A DNA stretch of 64,000 nt from Escherichia phage vB_Ec-M-J: sequence record OQ718158.1; one strand, given 5' to 3'. Position numbers and translations under genes: made by a program. Under the pieces are notes generated by a model. That model was not told the origin of the DNA. It did not search any database and was given only the letters and a program-made list of their open reading frames with translations. Positions 1 through 11,061 of the stretch are shown one piece after another (positions within the stretch are counted from its first letter, which is position 1; each line of letters starts with the position of its first letter).

Positions 1-2459
1 TAGATACATTTGGCTCACCAATTTTCCAAATGAACAATGGTTCAGTTGTTCAAGGTGACGAACTAAACGAATATGGTCTACATGCTGTATATTCTTATCT
101 AGGTATCACCAACCGTGCATATGTTATTCGTGCTGATATCGATTTGGCTCAACTATCACCAAGTGCAACTGCACCAACTGGCCCAGTACCAAATGGTACT
201 CTATGGTTTGATGCTGCTCAATCACAAATTGAAGCTTATGTTGCTAAGAAAGACAGCCCAAGCAGCTTCTATGACTGGCAATTGAAGCCTGTTACCATCG
301 TAAGTTCTGAAGAAGTTGACGATGTTAGCCTAGTTGGTCTAAACGTTGATGATCTAGTTCTACGTTATAAGCCAAGTAATGGTCAAATGCTTATGTACAA
401 ACGTGCAGCATCTGGTCTAGTACAGGTTGAAACTTATCTATCACCAATCAACAAAGTTCCAGTTGGTTCAACTGTTGAACAAGGTAACGTATGGATTCGT
501 GATGGTTATACTCAAAATGGTTCAAACTATTTTGGCACTCGCTTTGTTCTAAAACGTTATGCATCTCTAACTCAAGTTTGGAATATCGTTCCAGCATATA
601 CTGGTAATTCTTTCCAAGAAGTTGAAGCTAAGAGTGGTGTACTAAACAACAGTTATATTGCTTGCCGTTTTGATGACGATAGTAAGAGTTTCTCTTTCTA
701 TATTCAAAGTGCAAAACTATCAGCAATTAGTGCTCCAGCAGTACCACTAGGTGAAACTGTTATTGAGCAAGCTGGTGAAGATAGTTATTTGACTTTCGCT
801 TACCTAAACAAATCTGTTAAAGTACTTGCAGTACCACAAGGTGGCGTAATTAATACTCAAACTATCATCGATAATCTAAATGTTAGTGCTGATCTTATCA
901 ATGATGGATTCAAATTCAAACGTGAATCTAATGGCGGTTTGGTAGTTACAAACACCAAAGGTTATAGCTTTAAAGTTACCCAAAGCGGTGATGATATTTT
1001 TGCAGCGAATGAACTAGCTAAACTAACTGTAGATAGTAACAACTATTCTCTAGTTAACGTTAATAACTTACGTGTTAGCTCTTCTGTTCCACGTAGTATT
1101 GCTAAAGACGGTACTATTTGGTATGATTTCGGTAATTCCGATAACCTAACTGTTACCATGTACATTGCAGATGTTGCAAATGACGAATGGGATCTAGTAC
1201 AAGAAGATAACAAATATGTTCAAGTTGATGAACCTGCGGCAGACCGTCTAATTTGGGTACGCCCTCTATCTCAAGGCATTGATGGTTATGATTTCTATCG
1301 TAACGTTGATGGTGAGTGGGTTAAACTAGACAATACTGACCAAAGTACTCTAAACGGTATGATTTTCGCTGACTTTAACTTCCCTGAACAAGTTGCTTCT
1401 GCTGCTCTTTATCAGAATGGTATGCTTGCAATTGACCTCGGTAATACCGAAGGTGTTGTTAAGAAAATGGTTAATGGTCAATGGCAAGTTGTTAGTGGTG
1501 TTAGTCTTGATGGTGCAGGTCTATTCGGTCGTGCAGCACAACGCAAACTAATCGTTGAAGCACTAGCTGCTGTAATCATCGGTAATGATGATATCCGTTC
1601 TGAATTCATCAACTTTAACCTAATCTGTGTTCCTGGTTATGTAGAAACTCTAGATGAATGTATTACCCTAAACACTGATCGTAAAGAAACAGCGTTTATC
1701 GTAACTGATGTACCTGCTCGTTTGAACCCAACCGGAAACGGTAGTGCAGTTCAAGAATGGGCTACCAACGCAAACAACGCACCAAGTAATGGTTCAGTAG
1801 GCCGTACTTCTGCATATGATTATGCTGCTCAGTACATGGGCTGGTGTTTAAGTACTAACGTTGATGGTGAAGAAGTTGCAGTTCCAGGCAGTACTGTTGC
1901 AATGCGTACCTATGCGTACAGTGATAGTGTTAGTTATGTGTGGTATCCACCTGCTGGTACTACTCGTGGTGTTGTAACCAACGCTGCAAGTACTGGTTTC
2001 ATTAATAGTGAAGGTGAATATCAACCAGTAGTATACAACCAAGGTCAACGTGACGTGATGTATACCAACAACATTAACCCAATTGCAATGCGTCCTAACC
2101 GTGGCTTGCTAGTATATGGTGATAAAACACTATCTGCTAACCAAACCTCTGCACTAAGCCGTGTTAACGTTGCTCGTTTGGTTGTTTACATTCGTCGTCA
2201 ACTAGAAATCATCTCTGAACCATTCCTATTCCGTTTGAATACTCCAAGTACTCGTCAGGAATTCAGTGGTGTAGTGAATAGCTTCCTAGCTGAAATCGTT
2301 CAACAACAAGGTCTATATAACTTCGCAGTAGTTTGTGACGAAAGTAACAACACTTCTGAACGTATTGACCGTAACGAACTTTGGATGGATATTGCAATCC
2401 AACCTACCAAGTCTATCAACTTCATTTACGTACCTATTCGTATTGAAAAGACTCAATAA
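1..2459 (+). CDS. tail sheath protein (T4 gp18-like); 5' end probably outside the window
   Basis: Track ORF starts at ATG 30, but the frame stays open to position 1 and ATG 30 has no Shine-Dalgarno, unlike almost every other gene here. C-terminus ...FAVVCDESNNTSERIDRNELWMDIAIQPTKSINFIYV matches the conserved sheath C-terminal motif (T4 gp18 ...VCDTTNNTP..IDRNEF...IQPARSINYI, recalled from memory). Tube-like genes follow directly. Confidence 0.9.
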   Translation, partial: DTFGSPIFQMNNGSVVQGDELNEYGLHAVYSYLGITNRAYVIRADIDLAQLSPSATAPTGPVPNGTLWFDAAQSQIEAYVAKKDSPSSFYDWQLKPVTIVSSEEVDDVSLVGLNVDDLVLRYKPSNGQMLMYKRAASGLVQVETYLSPINKVPVGSTVEQGNVWIRDGYTQNGSNYFGTRFVLKRYASLTQVWNIVPAYTGNSFQEVEAKSGVLNNSYIACRFDDDSKSFSFYIQSAKLSAISAPAVPLGETVIEQAGEDSYLTFAYLNKSVKVLAVPQGGVINTQTIIDNLNVSADLINDGFKFKRESNGGLVVTNTKGYSFKVTQSGDDIFAANELAKLTVDSNNYSLVNVNNLRVSSSVPRSIAKDGTIWYDFGNSDNLTVTMYIADVANDEWDLVQEDNKYVQVDEPAADRLIWVRPLSQGIDGYDFYRNVDGEWVKLDNTDQSTLNGMIFADFNFPEQVASAALYQNGMLAIDLGNTEGVVKKMVNGQWQVVSGVSLDGAGLFGRAAQRKLIVEALAAVIIGNDDIRSEFINFNLICVPGYVETLDECITLNTDRKETAFIVTDVPARLNPTGNGSAVQEWATNANNAPSNGSVGRTSAYDYAAQYMGWCLSTNVDGEEVAVPGSTVAMRTYAYSDSVSYVWYPPAGTTRGVVTNAASTGFINSEGEYQPVVYNQGQRDVMYTNNINPIAMRPNRGLLVYGDKTLSANQTSALSRVNVARLVVYIRRQLEIISEPFLFRLNTPSTRQEFSGVVNSFLAEIVQQQGLYNFAVVCDESNNTSERIDRNELWMDIAIQPTKSINFIYVPIRIEKTQ

Positions 2460-2467
2460 AACACTAA

Positions 2468-2491
2468 GGGAACCTTTTGGTTCCCTTTTTT
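2468..2491 (+). terminator. rho-independent terminator after the sheath gene
   Basis: gggaacc-tttt-ggttccc hairpin followed by a T-run, just 3' of the stop at 2459. Confidence 0.7.
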
Positions 2492-2846
2492 ATTGTTTAA
2501 AATTAAATACGTTATGTTATTAATTCAACGATCAGGAATAATATGGAAGAAATACTTAAAAAAACATTACAAGATGTAAGTAAAACTGTAGCAACACAGG
2601 ACGATGCCGTAAAAATCCTTAAAGCTTTTATACAAAATTTGGAACATTGTCGGTATAATTCGAGAATACAATGTTTACACAAATGGTAAATGGTCGGTTG
2701 GTGTAAACTATACAGATCATAAACAAGAAAAAAAGTACTTGTATTGTGTGAATATAGATTGGTTTCCTGTTGATGAGATACTTCAATAAAAGTGTAAGTA
2801 ATAGATAAATAATATAAAGATGTCATTCCATAACAGGAGAATATAA

Positions 2847-3533
2847 ATGGCTACAATGCTTGATCGATATGGCGTTCCGCTCGCTGGCGGTGGTCGTATC
2901 TCTATGAAACAACCTAAAGCAAAATATAAATTCCGTGTTGTTTTCTTTGGCTTCGGTGCTAACGACGATGGCAATATGATTACTCTAGATACCAACACCG
3001 TTGGTGCTGTATCTGTATCACATGAAAACGTCACTGTGCATAGTTATAACAGTTCTGCTCACTATAAAGGTAAGTATACTTGGGATACTATTGATGTGGC
3101 TTTCCGTGATTCAGTTGGTAATGCTTCTGCTAAAGCTCTTTATAACCAAATGCGTAAAGAATTTAACTATTACAGTCAAGAATCTCGTATGACTGATTCC
3201 CAGTTCAAATTTGAAATGTGGATTCAAGAACTAGATGGTTCTAATAGTGAAAACACTTCTAACCTTTTTGAAGGTACTTTGAGTACTTGGGTATGTCAAG
3301 GCTGCTTTATTGAATCTAGTAACTTTGGTGACTGGGATTATTCCTCAAGTGAAGCACAAGTTATTTCTATGACAATTCAACCAGACGGCTGTGCAAAACT
3401 CGGTCCTAATGGTGAAGCGTTCGGTGATGAAATTACTGGTTTCGGTAACCCATCCACTGCTACCTCTATTAGTGGTGCACAAACCAACATTAGTAGTACT
3501 ACTCTACCAGATAGTAACTTCTACGAAAATTAA
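2847..3533 (+). CDS. putative tail tube protein, paralog A
   Basis: ATG with AGGAGA Shine-Dalgarno. Sits directly downstream of the sheath gene. N-terminus MATMLDRYGVPLAGGGRISMKQPKAKYKFRVVFFGFG is paralogous to the next ORF. Size (228 aa) fits a tube protein. Assignment is by position and size, not by recognised tube motifs. Confidence 0.6.
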   Translation: MATMLDRYGVPLAGGGRISMKQPKAKYKFRVVFFGFGANDDGNMITLDTNTVGAVSVSHENVTVHSYNSSAHYKGKYTWDTIDVAFRDSVGNASAKALYNQMRKEFNYYSQESRMTDSQFKFEMWIQELDGSNSENTSNLFEGTLSTWVCQGCFIESSNFGDWDYSSSEAQVISMTIQPDGCAKLGPNGEAFGDEITGFGNPSTATSISGAQTNISSTTLPDSNFYEN

Positions 3534-3551
3534 TTTTTCTTTTAAACGTAA

Positions 3552-3578
3552 GCCTCGAACTAGTTCGGGGCTTTTTTT
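3552..3578 (+). terminator. rho-independent terminator
   Basis: gcctcga-actagt-tcggggc hairpin (one G-U pair) followed by a run of seven T. Confidence 0.65.
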
Positions 3579-3582
3579 ATGC

Positions 3583-3597
3583 TAAATAAAGTATAAT
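3583..3597 (+). promoter_or_regulatory. late-promoter-like motif TAAATAaaGTATAAT
   Basis: TAAATA-N2-GTATA motif 26 nt upstream of ATG 3623; the same motif recurs upstream of the minus-strand fibre genes. Confidence 0.4.
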
Positions 3598-3622
3598 ACC
3601 TTATAAAATAAAAGAGGTTGCT

Positions 3623-4399
3623 ATGGCAAATAACATGATTAATAAATATGGCGTTCCTCTACCATCAGGACGTAACCGTTCAATGTTACAACCGAAAGCA
3701 AAATACAAATTTCGTGTTATTGTATATAATTTCGGTACTGATATAGATGAGCGTGATCACATTGCATTAGATGTTGATAAAGTTGATAGACCTACTGTTA
3801 CTTTCAGTACTCATAAACTATATCAATTTACAACAAATACATCTTACATTGGTAGTCACGATTGGGACCCAATTACTTTAACTATCCGTGATTCAGTTGG
3901 TAATGCATCAGCAAAAGCCTTGTCACGACAATTACAGAAACAATTAGATTTTCAACGAAGAATTACTTCCAGAACTGACCATGATTATGGTTCATATAAG
4001 TTCGGAGTTGTCATTCAGATGTTGAATGGTCGCAACTCTGATGATACACTAGAAGACTTGGGAAGAAACACATTAGTTAATGCAACAACTGCCGCTACCA
4101 ACAATACTGGATTAGTCAACGCTGTTGATCAGTTCATTGGTGGTTCATCATACAATAGTGCTGGCGTTATGGAGTACTTTGTACTAACAGGATGTGTTAT
4201 ACAAAATATATCATATGATTCACTTGACTATAGTTCAAGTTCTCCTGTTGAAATGGTTATTACAATAAAACCTGATAATTGTATCCAATTCGATAATATC
4301 GAAGAAATGTACAGTACTAGAATAAATTCACTTTTACCTGAAAACGTAAACCAAGGATTAGATATCATTGACCGTGTTTTCGGTAGCATTGGATTATAA
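3623..4399 (+). CDS. putative tail tube protein, paralog B
   Basis: ATG with AGAGG Shine-Dalgarno. N-terminus MANNMINKYGVPLPSGRNRSMLQPKAKYKFRVIVYNFG and the internal motif RDSVGNASAKAL are shared with ORF 2847-3533. Confidence 0.6.
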   Translation: MANNMINKYGVPLPSGRNRSMLQPKAKYKFRVIVYNFGTDIDERDHIALDVDKVDRPTVTFSTHKLYQFTTNTSYIGSHDWDPITLTIRDSVGNASAKALSRQLQKQLDFQRRITSRTDHDYGSYKFGVVIQMLNGRNSDDTLEDLGRNTLVNATTAATNNTGLVNAVDQFIGGSSYNSAGVMEYFVLTGCVIQNISYDSLDYSSSSPVEMVITIKPDNCIQFDNIEEMYSTRINSLLPENVNQGLDIIDRVFGSIGL

Positions 4400-4410
4400 G
4401 GAGATAACCC

Positions 4411-5505
4411 ATGAGTGATTTTTTTGATTCATTTGTCAGTACTGGGACTAGTATAGTTAATGGTGTTATTGATAATATCAACATCATTAGAGAACCAGCT
4501 TTTGAGAATTATAACGCTGCACAACGTGTGTTTGGTACAGCAGGTGAAATGGGTTTTTCATTCTATAATTTACCAAAATTTAAGAACAGTTTTATTATCG
4601 AATTCGTACTAACCCCGTTCGCAAAGAATTTTATTAAAACTCAACTCCCAGATACACATACTGATTTTGATGTTAATAATGTATCGTGCTTTGTAAAAGA
4701 TGTAACACTTCCTAGTTTTTCTTTTAGTGTTGAAACCGTAAACCAATACAACAAAAAACGTTTAGTTACTGGTGATATTGTTTATAAACCCAGTAATGTT
4801 GTTTTCTATGATACTGTTGATGGTGCTGGATATCTCCTAATGGATGCATATCGTAAGTTCTACTATGGTGACTTCTTTGACAAGAACCCACAATCTTACC
4901 GAAATGACGTACTCAGTACACCAGAAAATTTCAATGGTTTAGGTGGAAACTGGGGTCGTTCTGTAATGAACAATGGTAACTACGACAACCAGTACTTTTT
5001 CAAATCAATTAATATCTATGAAATTGATAATGAAACCTATACAGTTCATAACATGATAAATGTATTCATCGAAGATATACAATTAGAAACTAAATCTATG
5101 GAAAGTGAAGGTGACCCAGCACTATTATCTTTGACTATGCGTTATGAAGCGTGTAACAACTTTGGTCCTGAAGGGTACTTGAGTATTGGTGTCCCTACAA
5201 TGGAAATTGCACAACTCATCACCGATACTGAAGGTCTTGGTGTGAGTGGATTCTTTAAGTACTTTGGTGAACTTGATGACAAAACTAAAGGAATTTCGAC
5301 AGTTGGTAAAATTATCCGAGCAGGAACATCAGTTAGTGATATAATCAGTAGTGCTGGTGATATCCTTCGTGGTGACATTACTCCTGATACCATCCGAAAC
5401 ATAGGTTCCGCAGTGACAAGAGGTGCAAATGCTATTGGTTTAGGAAGCATCGTTTCTTCTGCAAGCTCAAAATTCGGATTAGGTAATATATTAGGAGATT
5501 TTTAA
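4411..5505 (+). CDS. hypothetical protein in the tail module (364 aa) with a Gly/Ser-rich C-terminal tail
   Basis: Strong Shine-Dalgarno (AAGGAGA); 4-nt gap to the next gene. No recognisable catalytic motif. Confidence 0.7.
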   Translation: MSDFFDSFVSTGTSIVNGVIDNINIIREPAFENYNAAQRVFGTAGEMGFSFYNLPKFKNSFIIEFVLTPFAKNFIKTQLPDTHTDFDVNNVSCFVKDVTLPSFSFSVETVNQYNKKRLVTGDIVYKPSNVVFYDTVDGAGYLLMDAYRKFYYGDFFDKNPQSYRNDVLSTPENFNGLGGNWGRSVMNNGNYDNQYFFKSINIYEIDNETYTVHNMINVFIEDIQLETKSMESEGDPALLSLTMRYEACNNFGPEGYLSIGVPTMEIAQLITDTEGLGVSGFFKYFGELDDKTKGISTVGKIIRAGTSVSDIISSAGDILRGDITPDTIRNIGSAVTRGANAIGLGSIVSSASSKFGLGNILGDF

Positions 5506-6522
<1,017 letters not shown>

Positions 6523-6549
6523 CTTAAACGACCTTATGGAGTTATTAAA

Positions 6550-7083
6550 ATGAATAGATTACAACAAATCCTAACGGATAAAAAACCAGTTTTTGAATAC
6601 CGAGTCAAGTTTGCAGTTGAACCTACCAATGAGCAACTAAGTAAAGTATCACAACGCCTAATGGATCGTTATGATGCATTTGATATTGGTGCACTAAAGA
6701 AAACTATTTTCATGGAAAGACCACTAGATTTTTATGAATTAGATTGTGGTGAAATTTGGATGTTTGATTTCAAATGCCACCGTGGTGTTCAATCAAACGT
6801 ACTAATGTATGAAATTGGCAACCTACTAAGTATGACTGAAGCTCTAATCCGTGTACGTAGTAAAGATGAACCACGTCAACAAGAAATGACCGAACTCGAA
6901 GATGATATTGACTTTGACGATTACGAACCAGTAATTGGTGTTGATTTTGGTAAACCAGAAGACAGCCACGATTTAGCTGGTGAAGAACGTGCTGTAACCG
7001 CAGTTAAAGATGCGATTGAAGCAGTAAAAAGTGACAATAAATACTCTCAATATATGAGTGCTGGTTTTGGTAAAAAGGATTGA
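6550..7083 (+). CDS. hypothetical protein
   Basis: 177-aa ORF with GGAG Shine-Dalgarno, tightly packed in the operon. Confidence 0.7.
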   Translation: MNRLQQILTDKKPVFEYRVKFAVEPTNEQLSKVSQRLMDRYDAFDIGALKKTIFMERPLDFYELDCGEIWMFDFKCHRGVQSNVLMYEIGNLLSMTEALIRVRSKDEPRQQEMTELEDDIDFDDYEPVIGVDFGKPEDSHDLAGEERAVTAVKDAIEAVKSDNKYSQYMSAGFGKKD

Positions 7084-7086
7084 GAC

Positions 7087-7632
7087 ATGAGTATACTTAA
7101 TGAAATGTTAGATTATAATGATGAAGAGCTAAATGAAGCTCGTCCATATAGTCGTTCACAAAGTGCAGTAGATAGTGCAAAAGGAAAAGTAAAAGGCTTT
7201 TTCGGTAGTGGTCAAGTAGAACAAGGTGCACAAGAAGTTGGTGCAGAAGCAAACCGTCTTTGGGCTGAATTTAAACGCTATGTTGGACGCAAATACGGTA
7301 AAGCACAGCCATCAGTACCATATGCTGATGTTGCACAATTCTTCAAAGGAAATAACCTTGATATAAAACATTTGGGCAATAACAGTCGTCGTACTTTTAC
7401 TCCTAAAGATGTTGGTTCTGCTCTATTGGCAGCAGCACGTGACTTGATGAATGATTATCGTGATGATGATAAAGGTGAAGAACAACAACGTCCTGCACCA
7501 CAAGCTCAACCTGACAATGCTCCACAATCAGCACCACAGGAACAGCCAAAAGCACAAGGTTCTAGTATCCCTGATGCTCTACAAAAATTAAGTCCAGAGC
7601 AGCGTGAACAACTTTTGCGTATGCTTTCTTAA
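7087..7632 (+). CDS. hypothetical protein with a Q/P-rich C-terminus
   Basis: 181-aa ORF with AGGA Shine-Dalgarno. Confidence 0.7.
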   Translation: MSILNEMLDYNDEELNEARPYSRSQSAVDSAKGKVKGFFGSGQVEQGAQEVGAEANRLWAEFKRYVGRKYGKAQPSVPYADVAQFFKGNNLDIKHLGNNSRRTFTPKDVGSALLAAARDLMNDYRDDDKGEEQQRPAPQAQPDNAPQSAPQEQPKAQGSSIPDALQKLSPEQREQLLRMLS

Positions 7633-7645
7633 GGAGAATCAACAC

Positions 7646-9157
7646 ATGGATAATTTTTTCAGTACTGAAACTACCACAGTACCTAATGGATATGTATATA
7701 CTTCTCACACTGGTGGCAAATATGTATTTCTAGAAGGTTTCTGGTTTAACGACAATAATATGTTAATGGTAGACCCTAAAAAATACCCATCCATGTACGC
7801 AAGTGCTCGACAACAGATTGTTGAGCACAATCTATCTTCTAGTGAATATAAAATTGGTAACAAATATATTCTTGAAGGTAAAGAGTGTACATTTCTTGGT
7901 GAAAATCGTTTCAATTCTAAAGATGGAATTCTACTAACTGAAAGTGAAATTATCACTGAACTAATGGCAGATGACCACCGTGTATATAATGTTTCAAAAG
8001 AAACTCTACAAAAAGAATGGAACTCCCTAAAATTCTATATCCTTCCACCATATGCTGATGATATTTCTATTCCAGCAGGTATGGAAGTTAGTGGATTTAA
8101 ATTCATCCCTAAAAATCACCGTTTTGTTGATGCAAAATCTGGACGTCCAGTTGACCCAGCAATGACACGTAAACTTTCCGATGAAGGTATGCGTATTGCT
8201 CGCCAATTAGCACCAAAAAACAAACTAATTCCAATTAAATCTACTTTAGTACAAGGTAATACTCGTTCCGAATGGAATGGTAAAGAATTTTGTGATAATG
8301 ATGGTAATGTTGTAATTCCAGAACAAAATGCACATGTAATCTTTAATGCATATCAGCAATTTGTTAAGGCTAACCCTGGTGATTTTCCTTCACTAACTGG
8401 TGATCATGAATCAGGTGAACAACGTTTTGGTTCAGGTGAAAAGCCAGAACAACCCAAACAACCAGTAAAACAGCCAGTATTCGCAACAAAAGAATCCATT
8501 AATGAAGCAGATGAAGAGATTGAAGAAACTGAATCTGTTGTGGTTCCACATGGTTACCGCATTACTTCAAATAAAGGTAAAACATACATTAAACAAAAAA
8601 ATGCATGGTTTGATGTAGAAACTAAAAAACAACTAAATTCTAGTGCTGCAAAAAGTGTTGAACGTGCTGCTCAACGTGATATAATTCGCCATAATAGTTC
8701 TGGTGCAATGAAAATCGGAACTAAAGTAAAATCTAAGAAAGGCACAGAGTATTCTTATATCGGTGGTAACCGCTTTATTAGTGCTGATGGTAAATTGATT
8801 CCAAAATCAACTGCTGATGACATTCTTGCTCGTTATGATGCAGAACGTGCTGATAAGAAAGAAGAAGAACCTGAAGATAAAGTAGATGCTGAAGTATCAA
8901 GTACTGATGTAGTTGAACCAAAAGCTGAACCTACTAAAGAACCAGAACCTGTATCAGAGCCAGAACCTGAAGTTCCTGCTCCTGGTGATGAAGTTCAATC
9001 ATTGGCTTCACGAATTAAAGAATCACCTTACGCTAAGAAAATTACAGTACTCTTAACGCGTGGTGATGAGGTTTCTCTAATTGCTGCTGACATTTTACTA
9101 TCTGGTAAAAAGGATGAAACAGTGCAAATTTTAAAATCATTAAATAAGAATGATTGA
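7646..9157 (+). CDS. hypothetical protein with an internal duplicated module and a Pro/Glu-rich linker
   Basis: Track start 7604 is GTG and overlaps the upstream gene; ATG 7646 has an AAGGAGA Shine-Dalgarno. Duplicated segments PNGYVYTSHTGGKYVF... / PHGYRITSNKGKTYIK... and KIGNKYILEGKECTFLGENRFNSKDG / KIGTKVKSKKGTEYSYIGGNRFISADG. Confidence 0.7.
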   Translation: MDNFFSTETTTVPNGYVYTSHTGGKYVFLEGFWFNDNNMLMVDPKKYPSMYASARQQIVEHNLSSSEYKIGNKYILEGKECTFLGENRFNSKDGILLTESEIITELMADDHRVYNVSKETLQKEWNSLKFYILPPYADDISIPAGMEVSGFKFIPKNHRFVDAKSGRPVDPAMTRKLSDEGMRIARQLAPKNKLIPIKSTLVQGNTRSEWNGKEFCDNDGNVVIPEQNAHVIFNAYQQFVKANPGDFPSLTGDHESGEQRFGSGEKPEQPKQPVKQPVFATKESINEADEEIEETESVVVPHGYRITSNKGKTYIKQKNAWFDVETKKQLNSSAAKSVERAAQRDIIRHNSSGAMKIGTKVKSKKGTEYSYIGGNRFISADGKLIPKSTADDILARYDAERADKKEEEPEDKVDAEVSSTDVVEPKAEPTKEPEPVSEPEPEVPAPGDEVQSLASRIKESPYAKKITVLLTRGDEVSLIAADILLSGKKDETVQILKSLNKND

Positions 9158-9179
9158 TAACTAAAAGGATTTATTTAAA

Positions 9180-10169
9180 ATGGCTAAAAAAATTAATGAA
9201 GCACAAGTTAAAATCGATATCGCAGGACTAGAATCTGAAGATCTAGAAACACTATCTCGTATGCTTGCACTAGCTGGTCAAGCCGAGCGTCAAGCTTCTC
9301 CTGTTGCTGCTCCAGTTCCTTCTATGGGGTCAATGACCCCTTCTCTACCACCAATCGCTCCACTCGATATGGATTCAATTGGTGCTGGTGCAGAAGAAGA
9401 AGTTGGTGGTTCAATGGATGGTGCAATTGATGCACCTGTTGAAGACCCATTAGAAGTTGCTGCTGACTCACTATCTGCTGAAGCTGGTGATTTTGGTGGT
9501 GATTCTGAAGAAGTAAGTATGGATGCAGAGTTCGAAGAGCCTGGTGTTGCAGATGAAGAAGAGTTTTCTTTAGATCTTTCCGGTCAACCTCAACTAGAAT
9601 CAGTTGAAGAAGAGGAAGAAGAAGAAATCATCGAAGAAGAATTCGATTTCAGTCGTATGCTATCTCTAGCTGGTCTTCAAGACGAACCAGAAGATGAATA
9701 TTCAGTAGAAGGTAACCCAGATACTGAAGTTAAAGTTGAAGAAAACACTTTCCTACCAGACCTAACCATCTCTGAAGATGAAGAACAAGGTGACAGTACT
9801 GATTTTGGACCTTACAACACTGAAGCTGATGCCGTTCGTGACGGTCAAGCTAAAACTAATGGTGTAGAAGGTGACCACTTTGTTGTTATTACCAAGGGTA
9901 ACAAGTTTTACTGGAGACGTGTCGTTGATGAAGATGTTGACAACCGTCCTGAACCAGAGTACTATGACAATGACGGTAACGAGAACCGTGTTCACAAATT
10001 TGAACCTAAGTTCCCAGGTACTGCTCTAGGTGACAACCCACTCAATGTTAATGAGAGTGATGAGTCCGTGGAAGGTAACGAAGAACTAGAAGATGAAAGC
10101 GATGAAGAAGTCGAAGACATTTTCGAAAGTCTCCAGAAGAAATATCAACAATTTCTAGGGGACAAATAA
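9180..10169 (+). CDS. highly acidic protein (Asp/Glu-rich; repeated SRMLxLAG motif)
   Basis: 329-aa ORF with AAAGGA Shine-Dalgarno; long E/D tracts (EEEEEEEIIEEEFDF); LSRMLALAGQ and FSRMLSLAGLQ both present. Confidence 0.7.
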   Translation: MAKKINEAQVKIDIAGLESEDLETLSRMLALAGQAERQASPVAAPVPSMGSMTPSLPPIAPLDMDSIGAGAEEEVGGSMDGAIDAPVEDPLEVAADSLSAEAGDFGGDSEEVSMDAEFEEPGVADEEEFSLDLSGQPQLESVEEEEEEEIIEEEFDFSRMLSLAGLQDEPEDEYSVEGNPDTEVKVEENTFLPDLTISEDEEQGDSTDFGPYNTEADAVRDGQAKTNGVEGDHFVVITKGNKFYWRRVVDEDVDNRPEPEYYDNDGNENRVHKFEPKFPGTALGDNPLNVNESDESVEGNEELEDESDEEVEDIFESLQKKYQQFLGDK

Positions 10170-10170
10170 G

Positions 10171-10563
10171 ATGGGATATAATTATCGTGAATTGGTTGAA
10201 GCATTAGATGAAATCACTTCTAGTGAAGAATCTACTGAAGAAGAAAGTTTTGCAGTTGAGACTCCTTCTGATGCTGTTGCCACCGATTTACTTAAAGATA
10301 TCACCGAATGCCTTATCCACATTGTGGATAAGGTTAAATCAGGTGAAGATCAAAAAGAAATCGTAGAAAAGCTTCAAAAAGCGTGTGACATTTTATCGGA
10401 TGTTCGATATAATGATGAAAGTACTGAAGAAGTTGATGAATCCACTGATTGCTGCTTCGGAACCAAAGATATGGGTCCGAAAATTGGTAAAGATGGTGTC
10501 CAAGACTATAAAGTTAAAGATGCTCCTTCATATGCAGCAAGACAGGGTTTCGTGGGGATGTAA
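10171..10563 (+). CDS. hypothetical acidic protein
   Basis: 130-aa ORF starting 2 nt after the previous stop, with GGGGA Shine-Dalgarno. Confidence 0.65.
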   Translation: MGYNYRELVEALDEITSSEESTEEESFAVETPSDAVATDLLKDITECLIHIVDKVKSGEDQKEIVEKLQKACDILSDVRYNDESTEEVDESTDCCFGTKDMGPKIGKDGVQDYKVKDAPSYAARQGFVGM

Positions 10564-10566
10564 TTT

Positions 10567-10944
10567 ATGATTCCTGAACCACACAACAGTACTGAATTTC
10601 AAAACGATGTACTTTTAAAAGTTAGAGAAGTACATGGATCAGACGCTGAATTAACAGACCGTATGCTTCTGATGTCAATTTTTGAAAATTTCAGAACTGG
10701 CGGTGGTTTAAGACTTAGCAAGTTTGGATATACAATTTGTAAAGAAAACATTCTTTATGAATTTACAAAAATCCCCTTGCAAAGAGAGTTCAAAAGTTCT
10801 ATAATCTTTACATCGCTTGATAGGATATGTACTTCACCCTACTATGTAGAAGGGCAGTACATATACCTCTCGGACGCAATGATAGTTACAGAGTTAACAT
10901 TGTGTGGTGATGATTTTAGAATGTTATTTTCGATGCACATGTAG
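10567..10944 (+). CDS. hypothetical protein
   Basis: 125-aa ORF, 4-nt gap after the previous stop, GGGGA Shine-Dalgarno. Confidence 0.6.
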   Translation: MIPEPHNSTEFQNDVLLKVREVHGSDAELTDRMLLMSIFENFRTGGGLRLSKFGYTICKENILYEFTKIPLQREFKSSIIFTSLDRICTSPYYVEGQYIYLSDAMIVTELTLCGDDFRMLFSMHM

Positions 10945-10969
10945 CTTCGAAAATAAAGAAAAAAAGATG

Positions 10970-10997
10970 TTGACAACGCCGAATGATGTGTTATAAT
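10970..10997 (+). promoter_or_regulatory. strong sigma70-type promoter P1 (TTGACA-N16-TGtTATAAT, A-rich upstream)
   Basis: Exact -35 TTGACA at 10970-10975 and exact -10 TATAAT at 10992-10997 with extended TGn; A-tract upstream. Confidence 0.75.
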
Positions 10998-11061
10998 GAC
11001 CATCACGAAGCAAGTTTTCAAAATCACAAGATGTGAGATTGAAAAAGAAATAAAAAAGTTG

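Noticed and set aside
2543-2683. Short 46-aa ORF (MEEILKKTLQDVSKTVATQDDAVKILKAFIQNLEHCRYNSRIQCLHKW) between the sheath and tube genes.
   Set aside because: Weak Shine-Dalgarno, below the size where composition is informative, and located right after the sheath terminator. It could be real but the evidence is insufficient.
7604-7645. Track start codons that are GTG or TTG (7604, 40653, 63631, 34920, 40580) and the long form of ORF 14085-14414.
   Set aside because: Each has a downstream in-frame ATG with a proper Shine-Dalgarno at 5-9 nt spacing (7646, 40677, 63541, 34884, 40568, 14184). The longer forms overlap upstream genes, terminators or promoter motifs.
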